Below, in pieces: positions 43,666 to 53,598 of a stretch of DNA of 64,000 nucleotides. The position numbers and the translations under genes were made by a program. Within the stretch, counting starts at the first letter, position 1, and every line of letters starts with the position of its first letter. The notes beneath the pieces are model-generated. The model worked only from the letters and a program-made list of their open reading frames with translations. It did no database searches and was not told where the DNA came from. This DNA comes from Nitrospiraceae bacterium (lineage in GTDB: Bacteria; Nitrospirota; Nitrospiria; Nitrospirales; Nitrospiraceae), in contig JBFWWG010000009.1 in assembly GCA_050246315.1 (NCBI GenBank), positions 32,001-96,000 of the forward strand. The letters run 5' to 3'.

Positions 43666-44255
43666 ACGAGTCCTTTTCCATAGGGAGCGAGAAGATCGCG
43701 CAATTTGATCATGCCCAATCGCATGCGCGTTTTGATGGTTCCCAGAGGAATGCCGAGCCGTTCCGCGATTTCACTCTGACTGTACCCGCCGAAGTACGCC
43801 ATCAGAATCGGCTGCCGCTGTTCCGATGATAGAGCCTTCAGCGCCTGCTGCACGATCCGCCGTTGTTGCTCTTCGGCGGACTGAGCCTCGGGCGTTGCTT
43901 GATTCGATGGAAGCCACTCCGCCTCTTCCATCCGCGTAAATGTGGCCCGTTCGGTGCGCCCGGCCCTGATACGGTCGATGGCGCGGGTGCGGGCGAGGGT
44001 CATGAGCCAGCCTCCGGCGGTGCCCCGTTGTCGATCGTAGGTATGGGCCTGCTTCCAGACTTGCGTGAAGACGTCCAGCATGACCTCCTCAGCCGTATGA
44101 GTATTCCCCACGAGACGGAGGATCAGTCCATAGACTTGCGGGCTGGATTGATCATACAGCACGCCAAAGGCGGTTTGATCGCCCTGTGCCGTCTTGGCGA
44201 TGAGGCCGATCCATTCCTGCTCTTTCGCCGATTGCTCAGCCAGCACGCCAACCAT
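43662..44255 (-). CDS. ECF RNA polymerase sigma factor (SigK/RpoE-like)
   Basis: GDQTAF..LYD, AEEV..DVF..VW, AYFGGYSQSEIA..LGIPLGTIKTR. Confidence 0.93.
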   Translation of the reverse strand: MVGVLAEQSAKEQEWIGLIAKTAQGDQTAFGVLYDQSSPQVYGLILRLVGNTHTAEEVMLDVFTQVWKQAHTYDRQRGTAGGWLMTLARTRAIDRIRAGRTERATFTRMEEAEWLPSNQATPEAQSAEEQQRRIVQQALKALSSEQRQPILMAYFGGYSQSEIAERLGIPLGTIKTRMRLGMIKLRDLLAPYGKGLV

Positions 44256-44274
44256 CCGTTCGGTCTCCTCACAT

Positions 44275-44305
44275 CTCTACGAGATGAGCGGAGGTATTGG
44301 ATTCA
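44275..44305 (-). promoter_or_regulatory. Putative ECF promoter (autoregulatory)
   Basis: Minus strand TGAATCC-N17-CGTAGAG, 20 nt before the sigma ATG. Confidence 0.65.
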
Positions 44306-44438
44306 TGGCGATCCATGGTCTGTCCGGACAAAAGATCCGGTAAGGTGGGACCCAAAGGATAGCACTCGGCAATCGGTCGTTCAACCACCCGTCCCAATCG
44401 TCCGAAATTGTAAATGTGAATAATGAAAGTCGAAATCT

Positions 44439-44469
44439 GAAATCCAAACGCTCCGCCGCTCCCGTAGAG
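44439..44469 (+). promoter_or_regulatory. Putative ECF promoter for the globin-DUF4331 cluster
   Basis: GAAATCC-N17-CGTAGAG, mirror of the motif at 44275-44305. Confidence 0.65.
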
Positions 44470-44548
44470 GCAAACAGGAATTCATGCAACGGAGTTGAGA
44501 AAGAGGAGCACTTCAAGGTCGGTACTCATTTGACAGGAGGGAGCAACG

Positions 44549-45058
44549 ATGAAGATAGGGAAGGCAGGATGGACCTCGTGGATGGTGATCGGGTTGCTGG
44601 CGATCGCGATCCCGGGCTGCAACATGATGGAGTCATCGTCGGGTGGGAGGACGGCGGATCGGTCGCTCTATGAACGGTTGGGAGGCAAGCCGGCGATCAC
44701 CGCGGTGGTGGACGATTTCGTGGCTCGGGTGGCGGCCGACAACCGGATCAACGGGAAATTCGCCAATGCCGACATCCCTCGACTCAAGATGATGTTGGTC
44801 GATCAAGTTTGTGAAGCGTCCGGGGGACCGTGCAAGTACACGGGGCGCGACATGAAGGCGACCCATGCCGGGATGCAGATCACCGGCGGTGAATTCGATG
44901 CCTTGGTCGAGGATCTGGTGGCCACACTACAGAAGTATAAGGTCGGCGATCGCGAGAAGAAGGAGTTGCTCGGCGCGCTTGGCCCGATGAAGGGGGACAT
45001 TGTCTCCTCCCCCGCCGCCATGGGGCCAAAAGAGGACGACCTGAGGCAATCCAATTGA
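44549..45058 (+). CDS. Group 1 truncated hemoglobin with lipoprotein signal
   Basis: SLYERLGG, VDDF, SGGPCKYTGRDM..H; IAIPGC lipobox. Confidence 0.88.
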   Translation: MKIGKAGWTSWMVIGLLAIAIPGCNMMESSSGGRTADRSLYERLGGKPAITAVVDDFVARVAADNRINGKFANADIPRLKMMLVDQVCEASGGPCKYTGRDMKATHAGMQITGGEFDALVEDLVATLQKYKVGDREKKELLGALGPMKGDIVSSPAAMGPKEDDLRQSN

Positions 45059-45162
45059 TGAGCAGTTCTGAATCCAAAGAGTATTTCCATCAACGGTCGG
45101 CCATGTAGCCGGCTGGCGCTTCTATCACTAGTGGCGCTTACTCCAACAAGGAGAGACAGACC

Positions 45163-46710
45163 ATGACACAACCAGCCATCGTGCGAAGACCCACGAGGAT
45201 GAAACGGAGACTCCGGACGACGGTCCGGCTGGCGACGCTCGCCGTCGGCGCTATCGGCGCAATCGGCGCAATCGGATTGACGGCTGGGGCGGTGATGGCG
45301 TCCAGCCACCGCGAGGCCCCGTTCATCACGGAATTGCCCAAGGTGGATGGCACGGATTTCTACATGTTCCGGAGCTATGAGCCTGGCCGACAGGATTATG
45401 TGACCATCATTGCCAACTATCTGCCTCTGCAGGCGCCATACGGAGGGCCCAATTACTTTCAATTGGACCCCGAGGCCATCTATGAGATTCACATCGACAA
45501 CAACGGAGACGCGAGGGAAGACTTGACCTTCCAATTCCGGTTCAGGAACAGCCTGCAAGATCTGACTGTGCCGGTCGGACCGAGCGGCCAAACGAAAGAT
45601 ATCTCGATACCGTTGATCAATATCGGCCCGATTTCGTCGGGGAATGTGCAGGCCCAGAACATCATCGAGACCTACACGCTCGATGTTGTGAGGGGGCATC
45701 GCCGGACCGGGAACCGGCAACCGGTTGTCAATGCCGGCAACGGCTCGACGACCTTCAGCAAGCCGCTCGATAACATCGGCAGCAAGTCCATTCCGAACTA
45801 CGAGCAGTACGCGGACAGTTTCATCCACACCATTGCCATCCCCGGCTGCGGGTCGCCCGGTAAGGTGTTCGTCGGACAGCGCACCGAACCCTTTGTCGTG
45901 AATCTCGGCGAGGTGTTCGACCTGATCAACCTGAATCCCCTCGGACCGCCGGATGGCCGGCGCAACATCCTCGACGACGCGAACATCACCTCGTTGATCC
46001 TGGAAGTGCCGATCGCTTGTCTCACATCCGGCACCGAGAAGGTCATTGGCGGATGGACCACGGCGAGCTTGCGGCAGGCGCGCCTGTTGCGGACCAGCGC
46101 CACCTTCGATCGTCCGGCGTTGGAGGGCGGAGCCTGGACACAGGTCTCGCGTCTCGCCATGCCGCTTGTCAACGAACTCGTGATCGGATTGAAGGACAAG
46201 AACCTGTTCAATGGTTCCAAGCCGGAGCATGACGGGCAATTTGCGGATTACGTCACGAACCCTTCGTTTCCATTCTTGATCCAAGCCCTGTTCCCAAGCG
46301 CGCCGGCGCCGACTCTCTTCCCGAGGGCGGATCTGGTCGCGGCGTTTCTTACCGGGATCAACACATCGGTGACCGGCAATCTCAATCAGCCGGCCAACGT
46401 GGTGGCATCCGAAATGATGCGGCTCAATACCGGCATTGCCCCCACCCCGAAGGTGGCTCAGAACAATCTTGGTGTGGCCGGGGGGGACCTGGCGGGATAT
46501 CCGAACGGGCGTCGTCCCGGCGACGATGTGGTCGATATCACCTTGCGCGTGGCCATGGGGAAGCTCATTTCCGCGGGGTTATTCGGCAACCCGAGCCAGG
46601 CGCCGGCCGGCGAAGCGCCCCTCACCGACGGGGCTCTGGTGAACGCCTCCTTCTTCGACGAGGCGTTTCCTTATCTGAAGACGCCCATTCCCGGCGCGCC
46701 GATTCAGTGA
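45163..46710 (+). CDS. DUF4331 family exported protein
   Basis: ASSHREAP, D.TDFYMFRS, QVSRLAMPLVNE, GYPNGRRPGDDVVD. Confidence 0.88.
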   Translation: MTQPAIVRRPTRMKRRLRTTVRLATLAVGAIGAIGAIGLTAGAVMASSHREAPFITELPKVDGTDFYMFRSYEPGRQDYVTIIANYLPLQAPYGGPNYFQLDPEAIYEIHIDNNGDAREDLTFQFRFRNSLQDLTVPVGPSGQTKDISIPLINIGPISSGNVQAQNIIETYTLDVVRGHRRTGNRQPVVNAGNGSTTFSKPLDNIGSKSIPNYEQYADSFIHTIAIPGCGSPGKVFVGQRTEPFVVNLGEVFDLINLNPLGPPDGRRNILDDANITSLILEVPIACLTSGTEKVIGGWTTASLRQARLLRTSATFDRPALEGGAWTQVSRLAMPLVNELVIGLKDKNLFNGSKPEHDGQFADYVTNPSFPFLIQALFPSAPAPTLFPRADLVAAFLTGINTSVTGNLNQPANVVASEMMRLNTGIAPTPKVAQNNLGVAGGDLAGYPNGRRPGDDVVDITLRVAMGKLISAGLFGNPSQAPAGEAPLTDGALVNASFFDEAFPYLKTPIPGAPIQ

Positions 46711-46740
46711 GTTGGCGTGCAGAATCACAAGGGGGACAAC

Positions 46741-46977
46741 ATGATTCGACTCTCATTCAGAGCATTGGCCATCGGTTGCCTCTTGGCGCTGGCCGGCTGC
46801 GGCGGTGATGACGGGGGAGGGCCGGATGGCCAAGCTGGCGGAAGCGGTGGGTCCGCCGACTCGTTCACGACGATGGTGTCTCAGATCGCCTCCACATCGC
46901 TTGAAGATGTCGAGCCGGCCGACGTGGATCGGCTTGCACCTTCTCAACCGGAGGCGACCGAACCGGCCGCACTGTGA
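46741..46977 (+). CDS. Small acidic lipoprotein
   Basis: LAGC lipobox; ATG after GGGGGA. Confidence 0.65.
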   Translation: MIRLSFRALAIGCLLALAGCGGDDGGGPDGQAGGSGGSADSFTTMVSQIASTSLEDVEPADVDRLAPSQPEATEPAAL

Positions 46978-47040
46978 GACGAACGGACGGGCGGGGAGGG
47001 ACAGGCCTCTCCGCACCCCAACCGGACAGGATGGTGAGAG

Positions 47041-48231
47041 ATGCATGGGTATGAGTTGAGGATGACGGTCTTGGCCGCCGCGCTGCTTCTGATCCCCCTG
47101 GCCCCATGGGTCGGCGCTGCCGCCCCGTTCGTTCCCTCGGACGACAAGCAAGCGCTGGAGCGGGTCAGGGAGCGGCCCCTTGATCCCACCTGGCAAGAAC
47201 TGCGACGGCTCCGGGAGGCGGTGAAGCGAAATCCGGGCGACGTGCAGCCGGCCGTGCGATTGGCCGCGCGCTATGTCGAACGGAGCCGGAGCGAGGCCGA
47301 TCCCCGGTATCTTGGGTATGCAGAGGCTGTCCTTGCGCCATGGTTGGCACGAGAGCAGCCTCCGGCGGAAGCGTTACTACTGAGGGCGACGATCCGGCAG
47401 AGCCTGCATCAGTTCGACGAGGCGTTGGCTGATCTTCAGACTGTACTGAAACGACGTCCTGACTCGGCACAGGGCTGGCTGACGGCGGCGTTGATCCATC
47501 AAGTCCAAGGCGACTATGACCAGGCTCGACGCCACTGTGCGCCGCTGATTCGATTGGCCGGAGAATTTGTCGCGGGAGCTTGTCTCGCCTCGGTCGGAAG
47601 CCTCACCGGTCAAGCGGCGGTCAGCTACGATCTGCTTGATCGGGTCTCTCGACGCGGGGCAACCGTGAGTCCTGGAGAACGCCAATGGGTGGCGACGTTG
47701 TTGGCCGAAATGGCGGAGCGACGCGGAGCTGCGGCGGAGGCGGAAGGCCATTATCGAGCGGCCCTGCGGATTGGCCTCCATGATCCCTACCTGTTGGCGG
47801 CCTATGGAGATTTTCTGCTCGATCAGGGCCGCGCCGAGGAGGTGATCGGACTGCTCCAGCAGGACCGTAAGGCGGATGCGCTGCTTCTCAGGCTGGCTCT
47901 CGCAGAGCGGGCGGCGAATCACCCCAACGCGGCGGCGGATCGGGAGATCCTGCGGGCACGGTTCGAGGCGGCCCGGCGCCGAGGGGATCGCACCCATCTC
48001 CGAGAAGAAGCAAGATATGCGCAGCATATGTTGGAGAATGCCGGCCAAGCGTTGCGCCTGGCCCGAGAGAATTGGGCCATCCAGAAGGAGCCGGCCGACG
48101 CCAGAATCTTGTTGGAAGCAGCTACGGCGGCTCAGGACCCCGCGGCAGCCCGTCTCGCCACAGATTGGATCGAGGCGAACCATCTTGAGGACGTGCGTCT
48201 GAACGGGCTCGTCACCCGGAGCAAGGAGTAA
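47041..48231 (+). CDS. Exported TPR-like protein
   Basis: Signal peptide and Ala/Leu-rich helical repeats; in DUF4331 cluster. Confidence 0.75.
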   Translation: MHGYELRMTVLAAALLLIPLAPWVGAAAPFVPSDDKQALERVRERPLDPTWQELRRLREAVKRNPGDVQPAVRLAARYVERSRSEADPRYLGYAEAVLAPWLAREQPPAEALLLRATIRQSLHQFDEALADLQTVLKRRPDSAQGWLTAALIHQVQGDYDQARRHCAPLIRLAGEFVAGACLASVGSLTGQAAVSYDLLDRVSRRGATVSPGERQWVATLLAEMAERRGAAAEAEGHYRAALRIGLHDPYLLAAYGDFLLDQGRAEEVIGLLQQDRKADALLLRLALAERAANHPNAAADREILRARFEAARRRGDRTHLREEARYAQHMLENAGQALRLARENWAIQKEPADARILLEAATAAQDPAAARLATDWIEANHLEDVRLNGLVTRSKE

Positions 48232-48234
48232 GGT

Positions 48235-49374
48235 ATGGCGCGCGTCGCCACCCATCTCGGTGCACTGATGTTGTGGATCATCATGCCGACTCTGCCGGCT
48301 TTCGCGCACAAACTCAGCGATAGTTACCTCACCCTGTCGGTCGAGACGAATCGGATCGACGGACGATGGGATATCGCCCTGCGCGACCTGGACTATGCCA
48401 TCGGTTTGGATGCCGACGATGACGGACAGTTGACTTGGGGGGAGGTCCGGTCGCGCCTGCCGGCGATTCACGACTATGTGTTCTCTCGGCTCGCCGTGAG
48501 CATGGGCGAGGCGACCTGTGCCGGCCGTCCGACGGCCGACCTCCTGGATCACCACACGGACGGCACCTATGCCGTGCTGAAGTTCTCCCTCGATTGCCCG
48601 CACCCGACGCTTCGAATGGACATAAACTACAACCTCTTGTTCGATGTGGATCCTCAGCATCGCGGGTTGGCTCAGATCGTGAGCGGGGAAGGCGTTACCG
48701 GCGTCATATTTTCACCCGAGCACGCGCAACAGTCCGTGAGGGTCGGCGCGAGCCGTCCGTGGGGCACGTTGCTGTCGTACGCACATGAAGGTGTGCATCA
48801 CATCTGGAGCGGGATCGATCATCTGCTGTTTCTGATGGCGCTGCTCCTCCCGTCCGTGTTGCGTCGTCGCGACGGGGTCTGGGAGGCGGTGCCGGCCTTT
48901 CGCCCGGCACTGATTCAAACGGCGGCCGTCGTCACGGCCTTCACGGTGGCCCATTCCATCACGCTCACGCTTGCCGCGCTGGACCTGGTCCGGCTCCCTG
49001 CTCGTCTCGTCGAGTCTGCGATCGCCGCCTCGGTCGTGCTGGCTGCGCTCAATAATATGGTGCCCTTGGTGTCCGAGCGACGGTGGGTCGTGGCCTTAGG
49101 GTTCGGCCTGCTGCACGGGTTCGGATTTGCCGGCGCGCTGGCCGATCTGGGGCTTCCACCGAACGCCACCGTGGCAGCGCTCGCCGGGTTCAATCTCGGC
49201 GTCGAGGCGGGACAACTGTTGATCGTCGCCCTGTTCCTCCCGATCGCCTACGGTTTCCGCCGCATGCGGATCTATCAGCGCGGAGTGGTCGCCGCCGGCT
49301 CCTGTTCCATCGCGGCCTTGGCCCTCTGTTGGCTGATCGAGCGCGCCTTTGATGTCAGCCTCTTCCCGTCCTGA
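48235..49374 (+). CDS. HupE/UreJ family membrane protein with N-terminal periplasmic domain
   Basis: GVHHIWSGIDHLLF, TAFTVAHSITL, FGLLHGFGFA, FNLGVEAGQ. Confidence 0.88.
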   Translation: MARVATHLGALMLWIIMPTLPAFAHKLSDSYLTLSVETNRIDGRWDIALRDLDYAIGLDADDDGQLTWGEVRSRLPAIHDYVFSRLAVSMGEATCAGRPTADLLDHHTDGTYAVLKFSLDCPHPTLRMDINYNLLFDVDPQHRGLAQIVSGEGVTGVIFSPEHAQQSVRVGASRPWGTLLSYAHEGVHHIWSGIDHLLFLMALLLPSVLRRRDGVWEAVPAFRPALIQTAAVVTAFTVAHSITLTLAALDLVRLPARLVESAIAASVVLAALNNMVPLVSERRWVVALGFGLLHGFGFAGALADLGLPPNATVAALAGFNLGVEAGQLLIVALFLPIAYGFRRMRIYQRGVVAAGSCSIAALALCWLIERAFDVSLFPS

Positions 49375-49443
49375 GAACAGGGCCGGTGCTGAGTCGAGAC
49401 GGCGACGACGGAGATTGACGACGCAAGAGCAAGGTGATACATA

Positions 49444-49470
49444 GTCACACGAATTACAAATTCGTAATAC
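49444..49470. promoter_or_regulatory. Putative NikR operator
   Basis: GTCACACGAATT-ACA-AATTCGTAATAC imperfect palindrome just downstream of TTGACG-N17-TACATA and upstream of nikR; resembles the GTATGA-N16-TCATAC type site. Confidence 0.6.
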
Positions 49471-49487
49471 TGGTACGGGAGTGTGCT

Positions 49488-49904
49488 ATGAAAAAACTTG
49501 TCCGGTTCGGCGTGTCGCTGGATCATCACCTGCTCGACGACTTCGATGACCTGATCAGCAGGAAGAACTACGCCACCCGCTCCGAAGCGCTTCGCGATTT
49601 GATCCGTGCCAATCTGGTCGAGCAGGAGTGGACGAACGATCAGGAAACGGTGGGGACCGTCACCATGGTCTATGACCACCACGTCCATGAGCTGACCGAC
49701 CGCCTGACAGACCTCCAGCATCGCTATCATCGGCTGATCCTGTCCGGCCTCCACGTGCACCTGGATCACGACCACTGCCTGGAGGTCCTGGTCATGCGCG
49801 GTAGGGGCAGTGAGATCAAGAAGGTCGCGGATCTGCTGATCGGGACGAAAGGGGTGAAGCACGGGAAATTGACGATGACCACGACGGGAAAGGGGGTGAG
49901 CTGA
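49488..49904 (+). CDS. nikR: Nickel-responsive regulator NikR
   Basis: RFGVSL ribbon-helix-helix, [25 protein letters not shown]. Confidence 0.95.
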   Translation: MKKLVRFGVSLDHHLLDDFDDLISRKNYATRSEALRDLIRANLVEQEWTNDQETVGTVTMVYDHHVHELTDRLTDLQHRYHRLILSGLHVHLDHDHCLEVLVMRGRGSEIKKVADLLIGTKGVKHGKLTMTTTGKGVS

Positions 49905-49906
49905 CC

Positions 49907-50332
49907 GTGCGCGTCTGTGTCGTCGATGGACAAGGCGGAGGCCTCGGACGTTGTCTGGTGGAGCGATTGCGTCCGCTGACCTTCGACGGGCACGAGGTCG
50001 TGGGAGTCGGGATCAATGCCGCCGCAGCCCGCACGATGCTGGCCGCTGGAGTCGGGCGGGTGGTCGCGGGCGAAGCCGCCATGCGGCAGGTGCTTCCTCA
50101 GGCCGACCTCATTCTCGGTCCGCTGAGCATTGTCTTCCCCGGCTCGATGTCGGGGGACGTGACGTCGGGAATGGCGTCGCTCGTCTTACGCGCGCGGGCG
50201 AAGAAGGTGCTCTTGCCGCTGAATCCGTATGAAGTGGAAGTGGTAGGAGTGGAGGGACGAACCCTCGATACCTTGATCGCCGGGGCCGTCCGGAGGGTCC
50301 GCTCGGTTCTTGAGACGATGCCGGCTCTCTGA
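49907..50332 (+). CDS. DUF3842 family protein
   Basis: VVDGQGGGLG, G.N..A...ML.AG, GE.A, K.LLPLN. Confidence 0.75.
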   Translation: MRVCVVDGQGGGLGRCLVERLRPLTFDGHEVVGVGINAAAARTMLAAGVGRVVAGEAAMRQVLPQADLILGPLSIVFPGSMSGDVTSGMASLVLRARAKKVLLPLNPYEVEVVGVEGRTLDTLIAGAVRRVRSVLETMPAL

Positions 50333-50463
50333 TCGACGAGCTTCTCCTCACATTGTCATGCCGGGCCACGAAGGTCTGGAAGGCTGCGTCGCAGCCGACA
50401 CTGGGTCTTCGTGGGCGTCGTCTGTCGCGCCCATGGATTCCCGGTGATGGGAGTCCAGGCGCG

Positions 50464-52518
50464 ATGACATATCGGCTGACCATTCTCATGGTCGGGCTGT
50501 TCCTCCCGGCCCTTCTGGCTCCGTGCCATGAGAGCCATGCCCATGACCCCGACGCTCCGGAGGTGGAAGCGCCCGAGGTCGCGGTTCTGGCGGACCGTCC
50601 TGTCGCCGCCTCCTCGCAGCAATTTATTCCCGACAAGGAGTACCTCCTTCAGCCTCAAGGTCGGCCTGCCCAGGTGTTGCGCCTGATTCCCGGCTTCATT
50701 GCGGTAGAGCATTCCGGCGGAGCGGGCAAGGCCGACCAATATTTTGTACGCGGATTCGATGCCGACCACGGCACCGACGTCGCGTTCTTTACCGACGGCA
50801 TGCCGATCAACTTTCGCTCGCATGCTCATGGCCAGGGCTACACGGATCTCAACTTCATCATTCCGGAGACGATCGGGGGTGTCGAGGCCACCAAAGGGGC
50901 CTATCTGCCGGAGTACGGTGACTTCAACACGGCTGCGGCGGTCAACTTTCGGACCCGCGAGGTCGTCGAGGAAGGAATCGTTCAGGCGGCTGGCGGACAG
51001 TTCGACACGCAGCGGTACCTTTTGATGTTCTCTCCGACGAAGGATAAGGTCCGCACGTTATTTGCCGGAGAGGCCTACTACACGAACGGACCCTTTCTCA
51101 ACGACAATCGGTACTTCCGGGCCAATTTGCTCGGAAAAATGACGACGAATTTTACCAGCCGCGATGAATTTGCGCTGACCGGCAGCTTTCAGAAAGGCCA
51201 ATGGAATGCATCAGGGGAAATTCCCCAGCGAGCCGTCAACGACGGCTCGCTGGACCGATTCGGCGCCATCGATCCTTCCGAGGGAGGAAACACTACGCGG
51301 GCGACACTCCGTATGAATTATCACTACGACACGCCGTTCGACGGGACATTTTTCGCGAACGCCTACGGACAGTACTACAAGTTCGATCTGTTCACGAACT
51401 TCACGTTCTTTTTGAATGACCCCATCAACGGAGACGGCATTCAGCAATCGGACCGACGAGGCATCTATGGGGGCGACCTTGGATACAAGCAGCGGGCGGA
51501 GCTATTCGGCATTCCCAGCTTGGGGACAATCGGATTTCAAACCCGTGTCGATGACATCCATGGGAGATTGGGAACCCAAACCACACGCGTGCCGACCGGC
51601 ATCACGACGGACAGCAATATCTTCGAAGCCTCGTACGAACCTTATGTCAAAGCCGAAATGCAGCCGGCATCCTGGATGAGATTGTCGGGGGGACTTCGTG
51701 CGCCGATCTTCACGTTTGATGTGAACAATCGATGCAGCACCTGTGTCGAACAGCCGGTCGGACGGAAATCATCCACGATGGTCCTGCCCAAGGCCAATCT
51801 CGTGTTGGGCCCTTGGTTCAAGACGGAGTTCTTTGCCAACTACGGCCAAGGGTACCACAGCAACGATGCGCGGTCGGCTGTGGCGATAGACTCGGTCCCG
51901 CTCGCTCGCGCGCAAACCTATGAGGTCGGTCTGCGCGCCCAACCCTGGGGACCGGACGGACTGATGCTGACCGCTTCCCTTTGGGCGATTGATCTCCAAT
52001 CGGAATTGGTGTTCGTCGGTGACGAGGGCACGACGGAAATGCGAGGCCCTACCAGACGCCGCGGTGTCGAGGTGGCCACGCGGGGCCAGGTATGGGGACC
52101 GCTCTATTTCAACGGGCATCTCGCCTATACCAAGGCGGAGTTCACCAACGGCGACGCCATTCCGCTCGCGCCGGAGCTTACCGCCTACGGTGCCTTGCTG
52201 TTGAAATGGCCCGAGGGACTCACCTCGCAATTGCAGGCCACCTACTTGGGTGTACGCCCGCTGACCGAGGACCGGAGCGTGAACGCCCCGTCCTGGGTCG
52301 ACTTTGATCTGACCGAACGGTATCAATTGCCGTTCAAGCTGTCCCACGGCCGCCTGGAAGCCTTTCTCTTCATCCAGAACATTTTCAACACGAAATGGGA
52401 ACAAGCCATCTTCTTCTTCGAGTCCCGGCTCCGCCAAGAAATCGCCGGGGTGAACGACATTCACTTTGTGCCGGGGAATCCGAGATTTGTGATGGGCGGC
52501 CTCGCGTGGTATTTCTAG
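50464..52518 (+). CDS. TonB-dependent receptor, probably metal (Ni/Co) uptake
   Basis: HSGGAGKADQYFVRGFDADHGTD plug, HAHGQGY, terminal WYF; downstream of nikR. Confidence 0.9.
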   Translation: MTYRLTILMVGLFLPALLAPCHESHAHDPDAPEVEAPEVAVLADRPVAASSQQFIPDKEYLLQPQGRPAQVLRLIPGFIAVEHSGGAGKADQYFVRGFDADHGTDVAFFTDGMPINFRSHAHGQGYTDLNFIIPETIGGVEATKGAYLPEYGDFNTAAAVNFRTREVVEEGIVQAAGGQFDTQRYLLMFSPTKDKVRTLFAGEAYYTNGPFLNDNRYFRANLLGKMTTNFTSRDEFALTGSFQKGQWNASGEIPQRAVNDGSLDRFGAIDPSEGGNTTRATLRMNYHYDTPFDGTFFANAYGQYYKFDLFTNFTFFLNDPINGDGIQQSDRRGIYGGDLGYKQRAELFGIPSLGTIGFQTRVDDIHGRLGTQTTRVPTGITTDSNIFEASYEPYVKAEMQPASWMRLSGGLRAPIFTFDVNNRCSTCVEQPVGRKSSTMVLPKANLVLGPWFKTEFFANYGQGYHSNDARSAVAIDSVPLARAQTYEVGLRAQPWGPDGLMLTASLWAIDLQSELVFVGDEGTTEMRGPTRRRGVEVATRGQVWGPLYFNGHLAYTKAEFTNGDAIPLAPELTAYGALLLKWPEGLTSQLQATYLGVRPLTEDRSVNAPSWVDFDLTERYQLPFKLSHGRLEAFLFIQNIFNTKWEQAIFFFESRLRQEIAGVNDIHFVPGNPRFVMGGLAWYF

Positions 52519-52653
52519 CAGGCTGCGGAAAGGCTTGATTTGTGTGCTTCGACTGGCTCATCACGATCGGAAATCACCAGTATATTCAATGACTGCTCCC
52601 TTCGTCCTGAGGCTCTCGAAGGATGAACGGAGGGTTTTCCCTCACCCTGCTAG
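52515..52653. mobile_element. MITE/REP-like palindromic element
   Basis: Ends ctagcagg...cctgctag; internal cttcgactggctca / tgaggctctcgaag arms; left end overlaps the receptor stop codon. Confidence 0.55.
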
Positions 52654-52706
52654 AGATCGGGATGTCTAGGGAGTCTTCAGAACCCAGGTTGCCAATCGAC
52701 GCGCCC

Positions 52707-53297
52707 ATGGCGAGAACCGTCTTGAGCCAAGAGTACTTCGCCCGGCCGACCTTGAAGGTGGCTCGCGACCTGATCGGCAAGTATCTCGTCCGGCAAAGCG
52801 GAACGGAGGTGCTGGCTGGGCGAATTATCGAAGTGGAGGCGTATGTCGGACCGCGGGATCGAGCCTGTCATGCTTCGAAAGGACGAACAGCGCGAACGGA
52901 GGTCATGTTCGGGCCGGCCGGCGTGGCGTATGTGTATCTGATCTACGGAATGTATCACTGCCTGAATGTCGTGACGGAGGATGTTGAGTATCCGGCTGCG
53001 GTCTTGCTGCGAGCGGTCGAGGTAGGGGGGGGACTGATCGATGGGCCGGGCCGGCTCACGCGCTTGTTCTCGATCGACCGCTCCCTCAACCGTTGGGATC
53101 TGACCAAAGGAGAGGCGCTGTGGTTTGAAGATCGGGCGGAGGTGATCCGGCGGACCTCGATCAAAACCTTCCCTCGGATCGGTGTGGACTATGCCGGAAC
53201 GTGGGCGCACAAGCCCTGGCGCTTTCGGCTCGTTGGCCATGGAGCCGGCAATGGCACTGTGCGGATCGAGAAGGACAAGAGAGGAGGAACGCGATAG
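52707..53297 (+). CDS. 3-methyladenine DNA glycosylase (MPG/AAG family)
   Basis: GRIIEVEAY, YVYLIYGMYHCLNVV, AVLLRA, GPGRL, RIGV. Confidence 0.92.
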   Translation: MARTVLSQEYFARPTLKVARDLIGKYLVRQSGTEVLAGRIIEVEAYVGPRDRACHASKGRTARTEVMFGPAGVAYVYLIYGMYHCLNVVTEDVEYPAAVLLRAVEVGGGLIDGPGRLTRLFSIDRSLNRWDLTKGEALWFEDRAEVIRRTSIKTFPRIGVDYAGTWAHKPWRFRLVGHGAGNGTVRIEKDKRGGTR

Positions 53298-53535
53298 GGC
53301 CCACTCTGCCTTGAGTTGGGAATAGGAACCAAGCGGCCGCTAAGCGTGCCGAACTACAGCATGGGCGATTCCGATGACGGGGCTACAGAGTGCGGGGCGG
53401 AGTGCGATTTCTTGGCGGAGGGTGCGTTCATCCTCAGAGGATACACTTCGACCTTTCTAGCGGTCGGCCCGGCCAACGAGGCCTTGGCGGAACTTCTCTA
53501 TTCGCGAAGCGGGCTTTGTCGCGGGACGCTCAGAC

Positions 53536-53582
53536 AAAAGAAAAGGGGGACCGACCTTTCGGCCGATCCCCCTTTTTCTTTC
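53536..53582. terminator. Bidirectional intrinsic terminator
   Basis: aaaagaaaa-ggggga..tccccc-tttttcttt between convergent genes. Confidence 0.85.
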
Positions 53583-53598
53583 TCGAATCGTCGTAGGC

